From an uncultured Gemmatimonadaceae bacterium (GTDB lineage Bacteria > Gemmatimonadota > Gemmatimonadetes > Gemmatimonadales > Gemmatimonadaceae), in the NCBI GenBank assembly GCA_963829055.1, contig CAWHHI010000005.1, forward strand, positions 96,001-160,000: 64,000 nucleotides of DNA, read 5' to 3'. Of this stretch, positions 19,605 through 31,109 are shown one piece after another. Position numbers and translations under genes: made by a program. The notes beneath the pieces were generated by a model, which was not told the DNA's origin, did no database searches, and was given only the letters and a program-made list of their open reading frames with translations. Positions within the stretch are counted from its first letter, which is position 1, and every line of letters begins with the position of its first letter.

Positions 19605-21128
19605 ATGAGTGTAGCGCATCGCGTTAGGTACATCATCGTCGGACTGTCGGGCTTCCTGGCGCTTGGTCAAAGCAGCGCGCAGCTCACCGATAGCGCGCGT
19701 CCAGAGACGCAGCTATCCGCCGCGGATCTCCATCAGGATTTTCTGATTCTCGAGCGGATCTACAAGGAGCTGCATCCCGGCCTGTACCGTTACAACACGC
19801 CGCCACAGATGGCGGCGCACTTCGCCGAGCTCGATCGACGACTGAGTCGCGATCAGACGCTCGCGAGCGCGTATCTCGCGGTGTCGCAGTTCCTCGCGCT
19901 CATCAAGTGCGGACACACGCACGCGAACTTCTTCAATCAGTCCGATGCAGTCGTGGCCGAGCTGTTCGAGCGCGGCGGTCGGGTGCCGTTCTACTTCCGT
20001 TGGATCGATCGGCGGATGATCGTCACGAAGAACTTCTCCGGTGACGCGCGCCTAACGCCGGGAACCGAGGTGCTCACGATCGACGGGACGCCCGCCGCGA
20101 CGGTCCTCGACTCGCTGCTCACGATCTCACGGGCCGACGGCTCGAACGACTACAAGCGCCTGAGCAACCTCGAGGTACAGGGCTTCGACAAGTGGGAGAT
20201 GTTCGACATCTACCGTTCGCTGTTCTTCCCCGGCCGGGAAGACTCCGTGCGCTTCCGCGTGCGCTCACTCGCTGGAAAGGAAGCGACGTTCGCCGCGAAG
20301 GCACTGACGCAACGGGAACGTGAGTCGCTCGCGCCAAAGAGCGCGACGGAGACGAAGACGGACGCGGCACTCTTCGAGTCACGGTACCTCGACGCACGGT
20401 CGGCGTATCTCAGGATGCCCACGTGGGCCACGTATGATTCGAAGTGGGACTGGCGCGGGTATCTCAATGGCTTTCTCGATACCCTCGTCATGCGCGGTGC
20501 CGACCGACTGGTCATCGACCTGCGCGGCAACGAGGGCGGCGAGGACGTCGGCGACGTCATCCTGCAACGGCTCATCGATCGCGACCTTCCGCTCGCGCAG
20601 TACCGTCGCTTCGTGCGATACCGATCCGTTCCCGCCGACCTCAATCCCTATCTCGACACGTGGGACAAGTCGTTCCGCGACTGGGGCTCGGCTGCGCAAG
20701 AGCCGAAGAATGCGGACGGCTTCTACCGCCTAACGAAGTGGGACGACGACAGCACGGGCGCCGTCGTGCACCCGTCGGGCAAACGATTCCGCGGGCGCGT
20801 CTTCGTACTGGTGGACGGCTCCAACAGCTCGGCGACGTTCCAGTTCGCGAGCGCGGTGCAGCAGGCGGGCCTGGGCCAGCTCGTCGGCGAGCCGACGGGC
20901 GGGAATCGACGCGGGATCAACGGATCCGCGTTCTTCTTCGTGCGGTTGCCGCGCTCGCACATCGAGGTGGACCTGCCGCTGGTCGCCGAGTTCCCGACGT
21001 CCCCGCAGCCGGACGCGGGTCTCGTTCCGGATGTCCGGGTCCGCTATACCGCGGCAGACATCGCGAACGGAGTAGACCGGACGCTTCAGGCCGCGCTCAG
21101 CGTCACCACTAAGCGACCAGCGAACTGA
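19605..21128 (+). CDS. S41 family peptidase
   Basis: HPGLYRY, IKCGHT, LVIDLRGNEGG, NSSATFQF, LVGEPTGG and GLVPDV; signal peptide. Confidence 0.88.
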   Translation: MSVAHRVRYIIVGLSGFLALGQSSAQLTDSARPETQLSAADLHQDFLILERIYKELHPGLYRYNTPPQMAAHFAELDRRLSRDQTLASAYLAVSQFLALIKCGHTHANFFNQSDAVVAELFERGGRVPFYFRWIDRRMIVTKNFSGDARLTPGTEVLTIDGTPAATVLDSLLTISRADGSNDYKRLSNLEVQGFDKWEMFDIYRSLFFPGREDSVRFRVRSLAGKEATFAAKALTQRERESLAPKSATETKTDAALFESRYLDARSAYLRMPTWATYDSKWDWRGYLNGFLDTLVMRGADRLVIDLRGNEGGEDVGDVILQRLIDRDLPLAQYRRFVRYRSVPADLNPYLDTWDKSFRDWGSAAQEPKNADGFYRLTKWDDDSTGAVVHPSGKRFRGRVFVLVDGSNSSATFQFASAVQQAGLGQLVGEPTGGNRRGINGSAFFFVRLPRSHIEVDLPLVAEFPTSPQPDAGLVPDVRVRYTAADIANGVDRTLQAALSVTTKRPAN

Positions 21129-21162
21129 TTCTAAGCTCCGCGAATACGGTTGGGTCTCTAGA

Positions 21163-21653
21163 TCCAACAGCGACGCAGAAGTACGCAGGCGGGCGCTTCG
21201 CGGCCGCAACGCAGAAGGACGCAGAAAACTGCAACGGCCACGGCAACCGCTATTCAGCGCGGAGGACTGCTCCGGCAACCATCCACACGGACCGCTTCGA
21301 CACGGCCATCCAGAACCCGGAGTGGGAACTGATTGGACGGAAACAACGGGAACGGCCGGATCCCATCGCGACCGTGGAACGGGGCCGTTGAACGAGGGGA
21401 ACGACCTCGCGGCGCATTGGCCGCACGAGGTCGTTCCCCTTTCCGTCACGGCTCGTTGCGGCACCGACTCCTCCGGCATCGGGCCGATCCGGCCGATCCG
21501 ATGTTTCCGGCCGCTTCCGTTCACACCCTCCGTTCTGGATGCATGGCGATAGCAGTTCTCGGCGTCCTCTGCGTCCGCTCGCGGTGATAGCAGTTGCAGT
21601 CCTTCTGCGTTGCGCGCTCCCAGCGCGCCTGCGGATTCTGCGTCGCTGTTGGA
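21163..21653. repeat. Nested ~490-bp palindromic element (outer 18-bp inverted repeat, inner family B core)
   Basis: TCCAACAGCGACGCAGAA pairs with TTCTGCGTCGCTGTTGGA; inner CATCCAGAAC...GTTCTGGATG. Confidence 0.8.
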
Positions 21654-21657
21654 CATG

Positions 21658-21740
21658 CGCGCACTACTGTGAGCAGTTCGCGCGAGACCGGCTACGATGA
21701 CCTCACAGAAGGTCCCTCGCTGGCGGCGCGGGATGACAAG
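21658..21740 (-). repeat. Half family A element, inverted partner of 17385-17467
   Basis: Ends in GGGATGACAAG; near-identical inverted match to 17417-17467. Confidence 0.85.
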
Positions 21741-21818
21741 CTCGGTCTAATGGCCTCGATGTGACGCTTGGCCGATCACGAGGGTAAGGCTTCTACAGCG
21801 TCACATCGAGGTAATGAG

Positions 21819-23389
21819 ATGGCGATCCGTATGCTCGCGGCCCAAGGCCACGCGCAGTCGTGGCGTCTCGCGAAGGCCGGCGTTTGCTGGGCGTTCTCCT
21901 CCGCGGCGCTCGTCGCGCCGAGCGCGGGAGGCGCGCAGCTGATCAACGTGAAGAGCGCGCCGATAGCCGACGGCGGGCAGTTCGCGTTCCTCCCCTCCGC
22001 GAACCTCGGCATGGGCGGCCTGTCCATCGCCCTCGCCGACTCGGCGCTCGACCCGTTCGTGAATCCGGCCAAGGGCGCGCGGCTGCGCCGGACGCGCGTG
22101 TTCGGCGCGCCGACCTTCTTCTCCGTCTCGCGCGACGCCGGCGGCGGTTTCACGCTCCCGCTCGGGACGAGCGTGTCGAAGGGCGCGTGGTTCACGCAGA
22201 TCGCCGTCGCGATGCAGGACCTCGACCGCCTCGGGAACGACGACCAGATCTTCGCGCCGAGTCCACTCAGCTCGGTTGCCGTCGACGTGAGCACCGCGGC
22301 CGATGACGGGCACAGCTCGCGACAGAACCGCTACGCGCACGCGCTGCTCGGGCGTCGCTTCGCGAACGAGACGTCGCGTCGCGCTCAGTGCGTCGTGGTG
22401 GACGCTCAACGCGATCGATGGCGTGGAGCTCTACTATCAGGGAAGCCAGCGTGTTCGCCAGCACGGTGACGCGCTGGACCTGCGCCTCGGCATCCTCCGG
22501 GAGTTGAGTCACGGGCAGTCGCTCGAGGCGGTCGTGGTTCGCAACCGCTTCGCGATGAACCAGGACGTCGCGTTCAACGACGTGTTCTGGGATCCGACGC
22601 AGCGGCAGTTCGTGCCCATCGCGCGCGTGGAGCCTAACGCGGATCGCAGCGACACCTGGGGACTGCATCTCGGCGTACACGCGCCCACTGGCCGACTCGA
22701 CGTGGCGCATCGGCGCGATCGTCACCGGCAACCGCATCCAGCAGCCCAGTCTACCCAACTACGATCTGCCCGAAGTGCCTGCGGACGCCGGACACGCGCA
22801 GGCGTACAACCTCGGCGGCGGGATCTCGCGGTCGACGGGTCTGTGGACCATGGGCGTCGACGCCATCTACGAGCCTATCTGGAGCCGGACGTGGGTCCGC
22901 ACCGATGTTCCTACGGAGACACGCGGTGGGCTGCCGCTCGACGCTGGCACGAAGACACTCGAAAACCGTTTCCGATACGACAATGGCATCGCGCGCGCTG
23001 GGCTCGCCGCCGCGGTCCCTCTGTCGAAGGACCAGTCGCTGACGTTCGAGGCCGGTGGCCAGCTGCGGGCGATCCGGTATCACCTCGACCAGTCGGATGC
23101 CATCCGGCAGTCGCGCAGCGCCAGCACGCAGAGCTGGAACGAGTGGACGCGCAGCTGGGGCGTGGGTATTCGCTTGGGCGGCGGCGACCTGCACTACCGC
23201 GGCTACCTGACGACCGGTGCGGGACGCCCAGGCTTCGATGACAACGGCGGTGTCGTCCTCGCCGCCGCGAGCACCAGCCCTCCGGGGCCAGGAACGGGTT
23301 TCGGCGGCGGATCCTCTGCGTTCGGTCTCACATTCGATGACGTCCGCGCCACGACGCATCAACTCTCCTTTTCGTTCCCCCTCCGATGA
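21819..23389 (+). CDS. Probable outer-membrane beta-barrel protein (two frameshifts)
   Basis: Signal peptide, N-terminal NLGMGGLSIA...NPA motif, amphipathic strands, C-terminal THQLSFSFPLR; ATGA overlap with the next gene. Confidence 0.6.
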
Positions 23390-24789
23390 CTCGCCATTCG
23401 GAAAGACAGCTGACGCAGCGAACGCGCCTAACGTGGATCGTCGCCTTCGCCCTGCCGGCGGTATTGGCGGGCTGCAAGGAGGAGTATTCCATCTCGGACC
23501 CGCCGGCCGAGCTGACGCTCGACACGCAGCTGCGCCAGACCATCGGTGGCTGGGGCGCGGTTCCCGTGCTGCCGGTCGCGGCACAGAACGCGGCGCTCGT
23601 GGATCTCGGTCGATCGCTGTTCTTCGACAAGATCCTCTCGGGGAATCGCGATGTCTCGTGCGCGACGTGTCACGACCCCGCGGCGCACGCGACGGACGCG
23701 CTGTCGCTGCCCATCGGTACCGGCGGCGTCGACGCGGGCGCGGCGCGGACGCTCGGCGCCGACCGACAGTTCGTCCCGCGGAATGCGCCCTCGCTGCTCA
23801 ATCAGGGGCTCGGGTTCTTCTATCTGTTCTGGGACGGGGGCGTCAACGAGGAAGGCGGGATCGGTCGCTTCAAGACGCCAACCGGTGTCGTGATGCCGGC
23901 GGGCGTCAACAATCTCCTCGCCGCGCAGGCGATGCTGCCGGTGCTCAACCGGACAGAGATGCGCGGCGCGATCGGCGACCGCGACCGCGCGGGGAACCCT
24001 AACGAGCTCGCGGAGATCGCCGACGTGTCGGCGGAGGAGATCTGGGCGGCGACGATGCGACGCGTGCTCGCCATCCAGCAGTATCAGGCGAAGTTCGCGG
24101 CCGCATACCCCAGCACGCCGGTGACGGCGCTCGGCTTCCAGCACGCCGCGAATGCGATCGCCGCGTTCGAGGTCGAGGCGTTCACGCGCAGCAACTCGGC
24201 GTTCGACCGGTTCATGGCCGGCACCAACCGGGCGATGACGAGCGAGGAGAAGCGCGGTGCGCTCCTGTTCTTCGGCAAGGCCCGCTGCTCTTCGTGCCAC
24301 TCCGGCCCGCTGCTCGGCGGCCAGAGCTTCGCGAACGTTGGAGTCCCACAGATCGGTCCCGGCGTCGGCTCGGCGGCACCGCTCGACATCGGACGCGGCG
24401 AGCGAGAGCCGCAGTTCTCGCAGTACAAGTTCGCGTTCCGCGTGCAGCCGCTACGCAACGTGGAGCTGACCGCGCCCTACATGCACGACGGCGCGTATCC
24501 CACGCTCGAGGCAGTCGTGCGCCACTACAACAACGCCGACTCAGCGCAGCGCAACTACAACCCGGCGCAGATCGCGCCGGCTTTGCGCGCGAGCTATCAC
24601 GGCGACGCCGCGACAGTCAAAGCGGTGCTCGAGACGCTCGACTTCCGGCTGCGGGAGCCGCTTCGTCTCACGACGACCGAGCAGAGTGAGCTGGTGGCGT
24701 TCCTCAAATCGCTCACCGATCCATCGGCGCGGGATCTGAGCGCGATTGTCCCGCCAAGTGTACCCAGTGGGTTGGTAGTTCGAGAGTAG
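23386..24789 (+). CDS. Di-heme cytochrome c peroxidase/MauG family lipoprotein
   Basis: LGRSLFFDKILSGNRDVSCATCH, RNAPSL, FWDG, CSSCH and LRNVELTAPYMHDG. Confidence 0.92.
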   Translation: MTRHSERQLTQRTRLTWIVAFALPAVLAGCKEEYSISDPPAELTLDTQLRQTIGGWGAVPVLPVAAQNAALVDLGRSLFFDKILSGNRDVSCATCHDPAAHATDALSLPIGTGGVDAGAARTLGADRQFVPRNAPSLLNQGLGFFYLFWDGGVNEEGGIGRFKTPTGVVMPAGVNNLLAAQAMLPVLNRTEMRGAIGDRDRAGNPNELAEIADVSAEEIWAATMRRVLAIQQYQAKFAAAYPSTPVTALGFQHAANAIAAFEVEAFTRSNSAFDRFMAGTNRAMTSEEKRGALLFFGKARCSSCHSGPLLGGQSFANVGVPQIGPGVGSAAPLDIGRGEREPQFSQYKFAFRVQPLRNVELTAPYMHDGAYPTLEAVVRHYNNADSAQRNYNPAQIAPALRASYHGDAATVKAVLETLDFRLREPLRLTTTEQSELVAFLKSLTDPSARDLSAIVPPSVPSGLVVRE

Positions 24790-24889
24790 CCGGACGGAAA
24801 CCGGGGTAAACCAGTGAGGATCCGGAGTTCGGATAGCGCCTAACGAGTGAGTCGGGTCGGCTGCTATCGCCGTTCCAACGGCTCGCGGA

Positions 24890-25240
24890 TGGACGCAGAC
24901 GACTGCAACGGCGACTGCCATTCACCGCGGAGGACGCTGGGGACGCGGGGACTGCTTCAGCACGCATCCAGACGAAGGAGCGAACGGAATCGGCCGGAAA
25001 CACTGGATCGGGCGGATCGAGTCCGTTGTCATCCGCGAGGTGGTGCCGCAACGAGCGGATGGACAGGGGACATTGCCTGGTGAGCAACGCGTCCCGAGGC
25101 CGATTCCCTCAGTCAGATCCAGGCATCCGTTGCCGCGATCTGTCTGAGATCGCGATGCGGATCAGGCCATTTCAGTCGTTTCCGATCGTTTCCGTTCGCA
25201 CCTTGAGTTCGGACGTCGCGATGTCGTGTCGAAGCAGGTC
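24890..25240. repeat. Family B intergenic element
   Basis: GACTGCTTCAGCACGCATCCAGA...GGCCGGAAACACTGGATCGGGCGGAT...GTGCCGCAACGAGC is shared with 40870-40980 and (reverse) 21450-21541. Confidence 0.75.
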
Positions 25241-25388
25241 CGTCTGGCCGTGGCGGGATGATGGATCGGGCTGCGATCCCAGCTGTCCGGATCCCGGCTC
25301 TCGCAGGGCGGTGACCGGCAGTTTTTACCGCCCGTGTTTGCGACCACGGGGCGTGACAGGAATGCGCCACGCCCATAAGTTGTTGCCT

Positions 25389-25779
25389 ATGAGGCGCTCG
25401 ACTGTGGACTCGTGTCATAGCCCTGTTCGTAGGGATCTGGTTCGTCGCTGCCGCGGCGGGACCGGAGCTGACACACGCCTGCCCCATGCATGGTGGACAT
25501 TCGTCGGCTGCATCTGCGGCCGAGCATGCCGACCACGGCGCTGTCGCCGAGCATCACCCGGCGTCGAGCTCGGAATCTCCGTCGCATCATGGGACGCAGT
25601 GCACCTGCCTCGGGCAGTGCTGCTCCACCGGCCCCGTCGCGGTCCTTTCCGCGCGCACAGCCCTCGGCGACACGGACACTGTTGCGACTCGTGACGCCGG
25701 GCTGCCGGACTACGCGTACGTTCCGGTCGCCGCCCAGCACGTCCTCCCACTCGCGAACGCTCCGCCGCTGAGCGCCTAA
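25389..25779 (+). CDS. DUF2946/CruR-like His/Cys-rich upstream ORF (probable 1-bp indel after start)
   Basis: TM segment LWTRVIALFVGIWFVAAA, CPMH, His-rich linker, CTCLGQCC, C-terminal LPLANAPP; lies upstream of a TonB receptor. Confidence 0.65.
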
Positions 25780-26156
25780 CGGGCCAGCGCGCCGCCCTGG
25801 CGCCGCCCGTTCTCGACATCCGCCGCCGATTGCGCCGTCGCGACCATCTCGCGACGCGTGAGCGGGTCGATCGATGCGTCGCCGTCGCGATAGGTGCATG
25901 ACATGTCGCTCGCGCGCTCGCCAGGGATCGTTCGCGCGCCCGCGCGTGGGCGCGGAGGAACCAGACAATGCTCGCTTTCGTTGGCGGACTCCTCATCGGA
26001 GTCCTGCGGTTCTACGCGTGGACCGTCGGCCTCGGCCTGGTCGCGCTATTCCTGATCATGCTCGTCGAGGGTGCAGTCGACCTCGTTCGTGACCGCCGCT
26101 CATGGCGCGGGCCGCGACCGTCGCTCCCCGACACCAAGCCTAACGTGGGTCTCTCC

Positions 26157-28446
26157 ATGAAGAACTTGTTCGTCATCGCCTGTTGCTCGATCGTCGGCGT
26201 CCCGCTCGTCGCGCAAGGAACGCCGCCCGCGAAACGCGATACCGTGGCCAAGCTCGAGGGCGTGAAGGTCACGGCTGATCCATCCGCGCGCACCGCGCAG
26301 GTGACAGCGATCCAGGCGGCCACGTTGCCGGCCATCGTCAGCATCACCGCCGCAAAGGCCCACGAGACGGTCAACCTCATCGACACCGAAGACGCCGTGA
26401 AGTATCTGCCGAGCGTGTTCCTCCGAAAGCGGAACAACGGAGACACGCAGGCCACGATGGCTACGCGCACGTGGGGCGTGAGCTCGAGCGCGCGGAGTCT
26501 CATCTTCGCGGACGGCGTGCCGCTCACGGCACTCATCGCGAACAACAACACCATTGGCGGGCCGCGATGGGGCCTGGTGGCACCGTCGGAGATCGCGCGC
26601 ATCGATATGATGTACGGCCCCTTCTCGGCCGCGTACGCCGGCAACTCCATGGGCGCGGTCATGGAGATCACCACGCGTCTGCCCGAGAAGCTGGAGGGAT
26701 CCATCGCCCAGACGCATGCGGTGCAGACGTTCGACCTCTATGGAACCAAGAGCACGTACGGCACGGCGCAGACGACGGGCGACGTGGGTACGCGCTTCGG
26801 GAAGCTCACGCTCCGCGCGAGCGGCAATTATCAGAACAGCAACAGCCAGCCGCTGAGCTACGCGACGAGCGCGTCATTTCCCATCGGTACCTCGGGCGGG
26901 TACCCCGAGCTGAACAAGGTCAGCGCGCCGGCGAATGTCCTCGGCGCGACCGGGGAGCTGCACACGGGCATGACGAACGGAAAGATCAAGGCCGCGTACG
27001 ACCTCACCCCGACCATCCGCGCGGCGTACACGTTCGGCTTCTGGAAGAACGACGCCAACTCGGGAGTCGATGCGTTCATCAGCCGAGCCGGTGAACCGAC
27101 GTTCGCCGGACAGGCTGGGTTCGCGAGCGGCTTCTACAATCTCGATCCAGCAGCACACGTCGCACAGTCTGACGCTTCGGAGTGATACGCGGCGCAACTG
27201 GGACTTCGAGCTCGTCGGCACGATGTACGACTTCGGGAAGGACGAGCAGCGCACGCCGACCACGGCGTCGCAGATCGGTTCGACGTTCGGTTCCCCGGGC
27301 CGCGTCGCGGTGCTCGACGGTACCGGGTGGTCGACGCTGGACGCGAAGGGCATCTGGCGCCCTAACGGGACGACGTCGGCGCACATCCTGAGCTTCGGCG
27401 CGCATCACGATCGCTACGTTCTCCAGAACACGACGTTCAACACGCCGGAATGGACGAACGGTGACTACACGACGGTGGCGACCCAGGGTGATGGCAAGAC
27501 CCGGACGCAGGCGGTGTGGGCGCAGGATGCGTGGCGCCTAACGCCGACGCTTCGCTTCACCTTCGGCGGGCGGTACGAGACGTGGGACGGGTACGACGGC
27601 TACAACGCCAGCGGCACGACGACGATCACGCAGCCGACCGTGTCCGCGTCAAAGTTCTCGCCGAAGGGCGTGCTGACGTGGTACCCGAAGCTCGACTGGA
27701 CGGTCACGGGATCGGTCGGCAAGGCGTACCGCTTCGCGACCGCGGCCGAGCTCTATCAGCTCGTGTCCACCGGCACGACCTTCACGTCCCCGAATCCGAA
27801 CCTCAAGCCCGACGACGTGCTGGCGTCGGAGCTGCGAGTGGAGCGCAGGAAAGATCGCACGCTCGTACAGGTCGCGCTGTTCCAGGACGACGTGCACGAC
27901 GCGATCATCGCGCAGTTCCTGCCGCTCGTGCCGGGGTCGTCGCAGCTGTTCTCGTATGTGTCGAACGTCGACCATGTGCGGTCGCGGGGCGTGGAGCTCG
28001 TGCTCGGCACGAACGACCTGTTCGTTCGCGGCCTCGAGTTCCAGGCCAGCGGCACGTACACGGGCGCGAAGACGCTCGCCCTGTCGGGCCGCGCGAGCGC
28101 GACCGCGCCGGAGGGCGCGGCGATTGGCAAGCAGCTCCCGAACATCCCGAAGCGGCGGGCGACGTTCTCGGCGACGTACCGCGCGGGCGCCGAGCGGCGG
28201 CTGGCCCTCACGGTCGCGGGGCGCTACAGCGACATGATGTTCACGACGCTCGACAATGCGGACACGAACCCGAACACGTATCAGGGGTTCGGCGCGTGGT
28301 TCACGGCCGACGCCCGGGCGAGCTACCGCTTCGACCGTCACTGGTCGGCGTCGCTCGGTTCGGACAACGTGCTGAATCGGAAGTACTTCCTGTTCCACCC
28401 ATTTCCGCAGCGGACGTTCGTGGGTGGATTGAAGTACGCTCTATAG
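26157..28446 (+). CDS. TonB-dependent receptor (frameshift near 27140)
   Basis: Plug EIARIDMMYGPFSAAYAGNSMG; barrel end NVLNRKYFLFHPFPQRTFVGGLKYAL. Confidence 0.9.
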
Positions 28447-28660
28447 GACGGAGGCCGAAGGAAGGAGGCCTAGGAAGGAGGAGGACGGCGGCGGGCGGAT
28501 GGCGGACGGCGGAGGCAGACGGTCATCCCGAGCGGCAGCGTTGTCATCCCGAGCGGCAGCGAGGGATCTTCTCTGAAGTAATTGTGGCCGATCCGGCCAC
28601 GAGTGCGTCACAGAAGATCCCTCGCTGACGCTCGGGATGACAACGGCTCGCTCGGGATGA
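28445..28660. repeat. Family A element with both ends duplicated (28522-28660) plus GGCGGA/GGAAGGA arm
   Basis: Two GTCATCCCGAGCGGCAGC starts and two CTCGGGATGAC ends, between convergent genes. Confidence 0.9.
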
Positions 28661-28671
28661 CACCACGCGCG

Positions 28672-30807
28672 TTAGGTACAGCCTGCCTGACGCCGACCCT
28701 GACCTGCCGGCTCGGGTGCCGGCGTTGCGGCACGCGGCCAGACGTTGTCGCTCGGGTCACGGTCCGGGAATCGGCAGCTCGGGTCGAGACGGATGCGCTC
28801 GATCGGGCGCGAGCCGAAGTCCAGCACCGCGTCGAACGTCTTCGCGCCCGCGAACCACACGTCCACCGGGTACGTCACGATCGCCGTCAGGCTGTCCTTC
28901 ATGACCGCGTTCGCATCGGGCGGATCGCCTGCTTCCCGGGCTCGAACTTCACCTCCAGCACCACCGGCGACGGCATCTGGCCGTCCTGCCTAACGGTGAC
29001 CGTCGTGCGCCGCCGCCGTATTCGACACGCTCCGCTGGATCGAGCCGTCCACGCTCTCCGTCGTGAACAGCCAGTAGTACCAGAACCAGCCGAGGTCGCG
29101 CTTGAGCGCGTTGCTCATGAAGAACATGTAGTCCCACGGCGACGGATGCTTGAACATCCACGCCTTCGCCCACTCGCGATGCGCGCGCTGCACCGCGCTG
29201 TCACCGACGATGCCGCCCAGCATCGACAGCATGAGCGGCGTCTTGCTGTACGTCGTGAAGCCGTAGAACTGCGGGCCGTCGTAGTTCGCGTTCCACATCA
29301 TCGGCGGCTCGGCCTCGTTGCCGCTCGTTCTGCCGTACGACTGGCCCAGTCCGTCGAAGTTCGGCGCCTGGCTCGCCGCATCCGCATCGGAGAGGATGTT
29401 CATGTACTGATTGAACCCCTCGTCCATCCAGCCGTACCACGTCTCGTTGTTGCTGACGATCATCGGCCACCACTGGTGGCCCGTCTCGTGGTCGGCGGCG
29501 CCCTTGTTCGAGTTGATCACCATCGGGTACTCCATGCCCGCGCTCGGTCCATCCTGCAGCGTGAGCTGCGGGAACTGATACGGGAACCACTGCTTCGAGT
29601 AGAACTCGAGCGCGTGACGCGCGACCTGGCCCGCCGTGTCGTAGAAGCGGCGCGCGATCCGGCAGATAGACCATGGTGATCGGGATCGGGCCCTTCCCCG
29701 GGATCGTCGCGCGCGTCATCTCCCACACGAACTTCTTCGCCGTCGCCCACGCGAAGTCGTTCACGGTGTCGGCGACGAAGTGCCAGACGAGGCGGTCGCC
29801 TTCTCCGCCAGCGGTCGGCGCGCCGCGCTGCGTCGCCTGACCTGGCCCGACCTCGTCGGGGCCGACGATCGTCGTGATCTGTCGTCCGACGAGCACGCGC
29901 TTGATGCCGCTCGCGCGCGTTAGGCGTGAGCACCTCCTCCGGATTCTGCAGCACGCCCGTGCCGCTCACGATCCAGCCGGCCGGCACGTCGAGCCGCACG
30001 TCGAAGCGGCCGAAGTTGTTGTAGAACTCCGACGGACCGAGGTAGAGCTCGGTGTCCCAGCCGCGGAGGTCGTCGTACACCGCGACGCGCGGATACCACT
30101 GCGTGGGCTGATACAGCGTGTCCGCCCAGCGCTGCGTCATGCGATGCCCGACGCCCGGACCACCTGGGATCTTGTGGTTCCACTCGATCTCGAGCGTGGT
30201 CGTGGAGCGCGGCGCGATCTTCGTCGGCAGGTTGACGCGTGCCGTGGTGGTGCGGAGCCCGAGGATCGTCGGCTGGTTAGGCACCTGCGCATTCTGCGCG
30301 GCCGCCGCGGCCTGCGCGGCGCGCGCCCCGTCGCCGCCGGCAGGCGGTGGCCCCGCGAGGTTCACGCTCTGCCCGTTGATGGTCATCCGCGTGATGACCA
30401 TACCGTCCGTCACCTCCGACGGCACCCACGTGGCGGCCTGCGGCGTGTTGCCGAGGAAGATGTTGGGATCGAGCCGCAGCTCGATCTGGCCGAGCGAGTC
30501 GGGGCTGTTGTTGTGCAGCATGACCGTCTCGTGTCCGGTGATGCGCGACGTGGTCGGCGTCGAGCCGGGCGTTGATCGTGTAGTCGGTGCGAATCTGCCA
30601 GTAGTTCCGTCCGGGCCGACCGGTCGAATCGCGGGTCCCGGCCGCGTAGGCGCGGCGGATCGTGTTGGTGATCGGGATGTCGCGCCGCACGGCACGTCGT
30701 GGGACGGGCGGCGTCGCCTGAGCGACCAGCAGGCGCGGCGGAATCGTTAGGCCCGCCGCAAGGATCGCGAGCGGGACAAGCAGCGTTCGGGGGAGACGCG
30801 CGGGCAT
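28672..30807 (-). CDS. M1 family metallopeptidase, secreted (several frameshifts)
   Basis: YWQ..DY.I.A.L, QWYPRVAVYDDLRGW, GMEYPM, HETGHQWW...WMDEG (HEXXH..E) and W.FKHPSPWD. Confidence 0.85.
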
Positions 30808-31109
30808 GGCGGTGTCGTGAAGTTGAACGAGGGTGCGAACCTGGACGGGCTACGAGCCACGCCAGAGGATACCGCACGGACGCTCCCTGCGGGAGCACGG
30901 CTATGGCGTCAACGGCACGGTGTCCGACCCCAAGGACCTCGACAGTCTGCGCACCGCGATCCGCTTCTACAAGGTGGCCGAGTCGGCGCAGGCCAGCGAT
31001 ACGACGTCCTGTTTCATGGGGGCCACGAAGGTGCCCTGCCACTGACGAAACACGGGACATGGTGACGGGGTGTTGCTTCATGGGCGGCCAAATGATTTAT
31101 TGGTCGCCC

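Noticed and set aside
30817..31045. Short coding-like fragment ending SCFMGATKVPCH
   Set aside because: Needs a frameshift, has no clear start or RBS, and I cannot assign a family.
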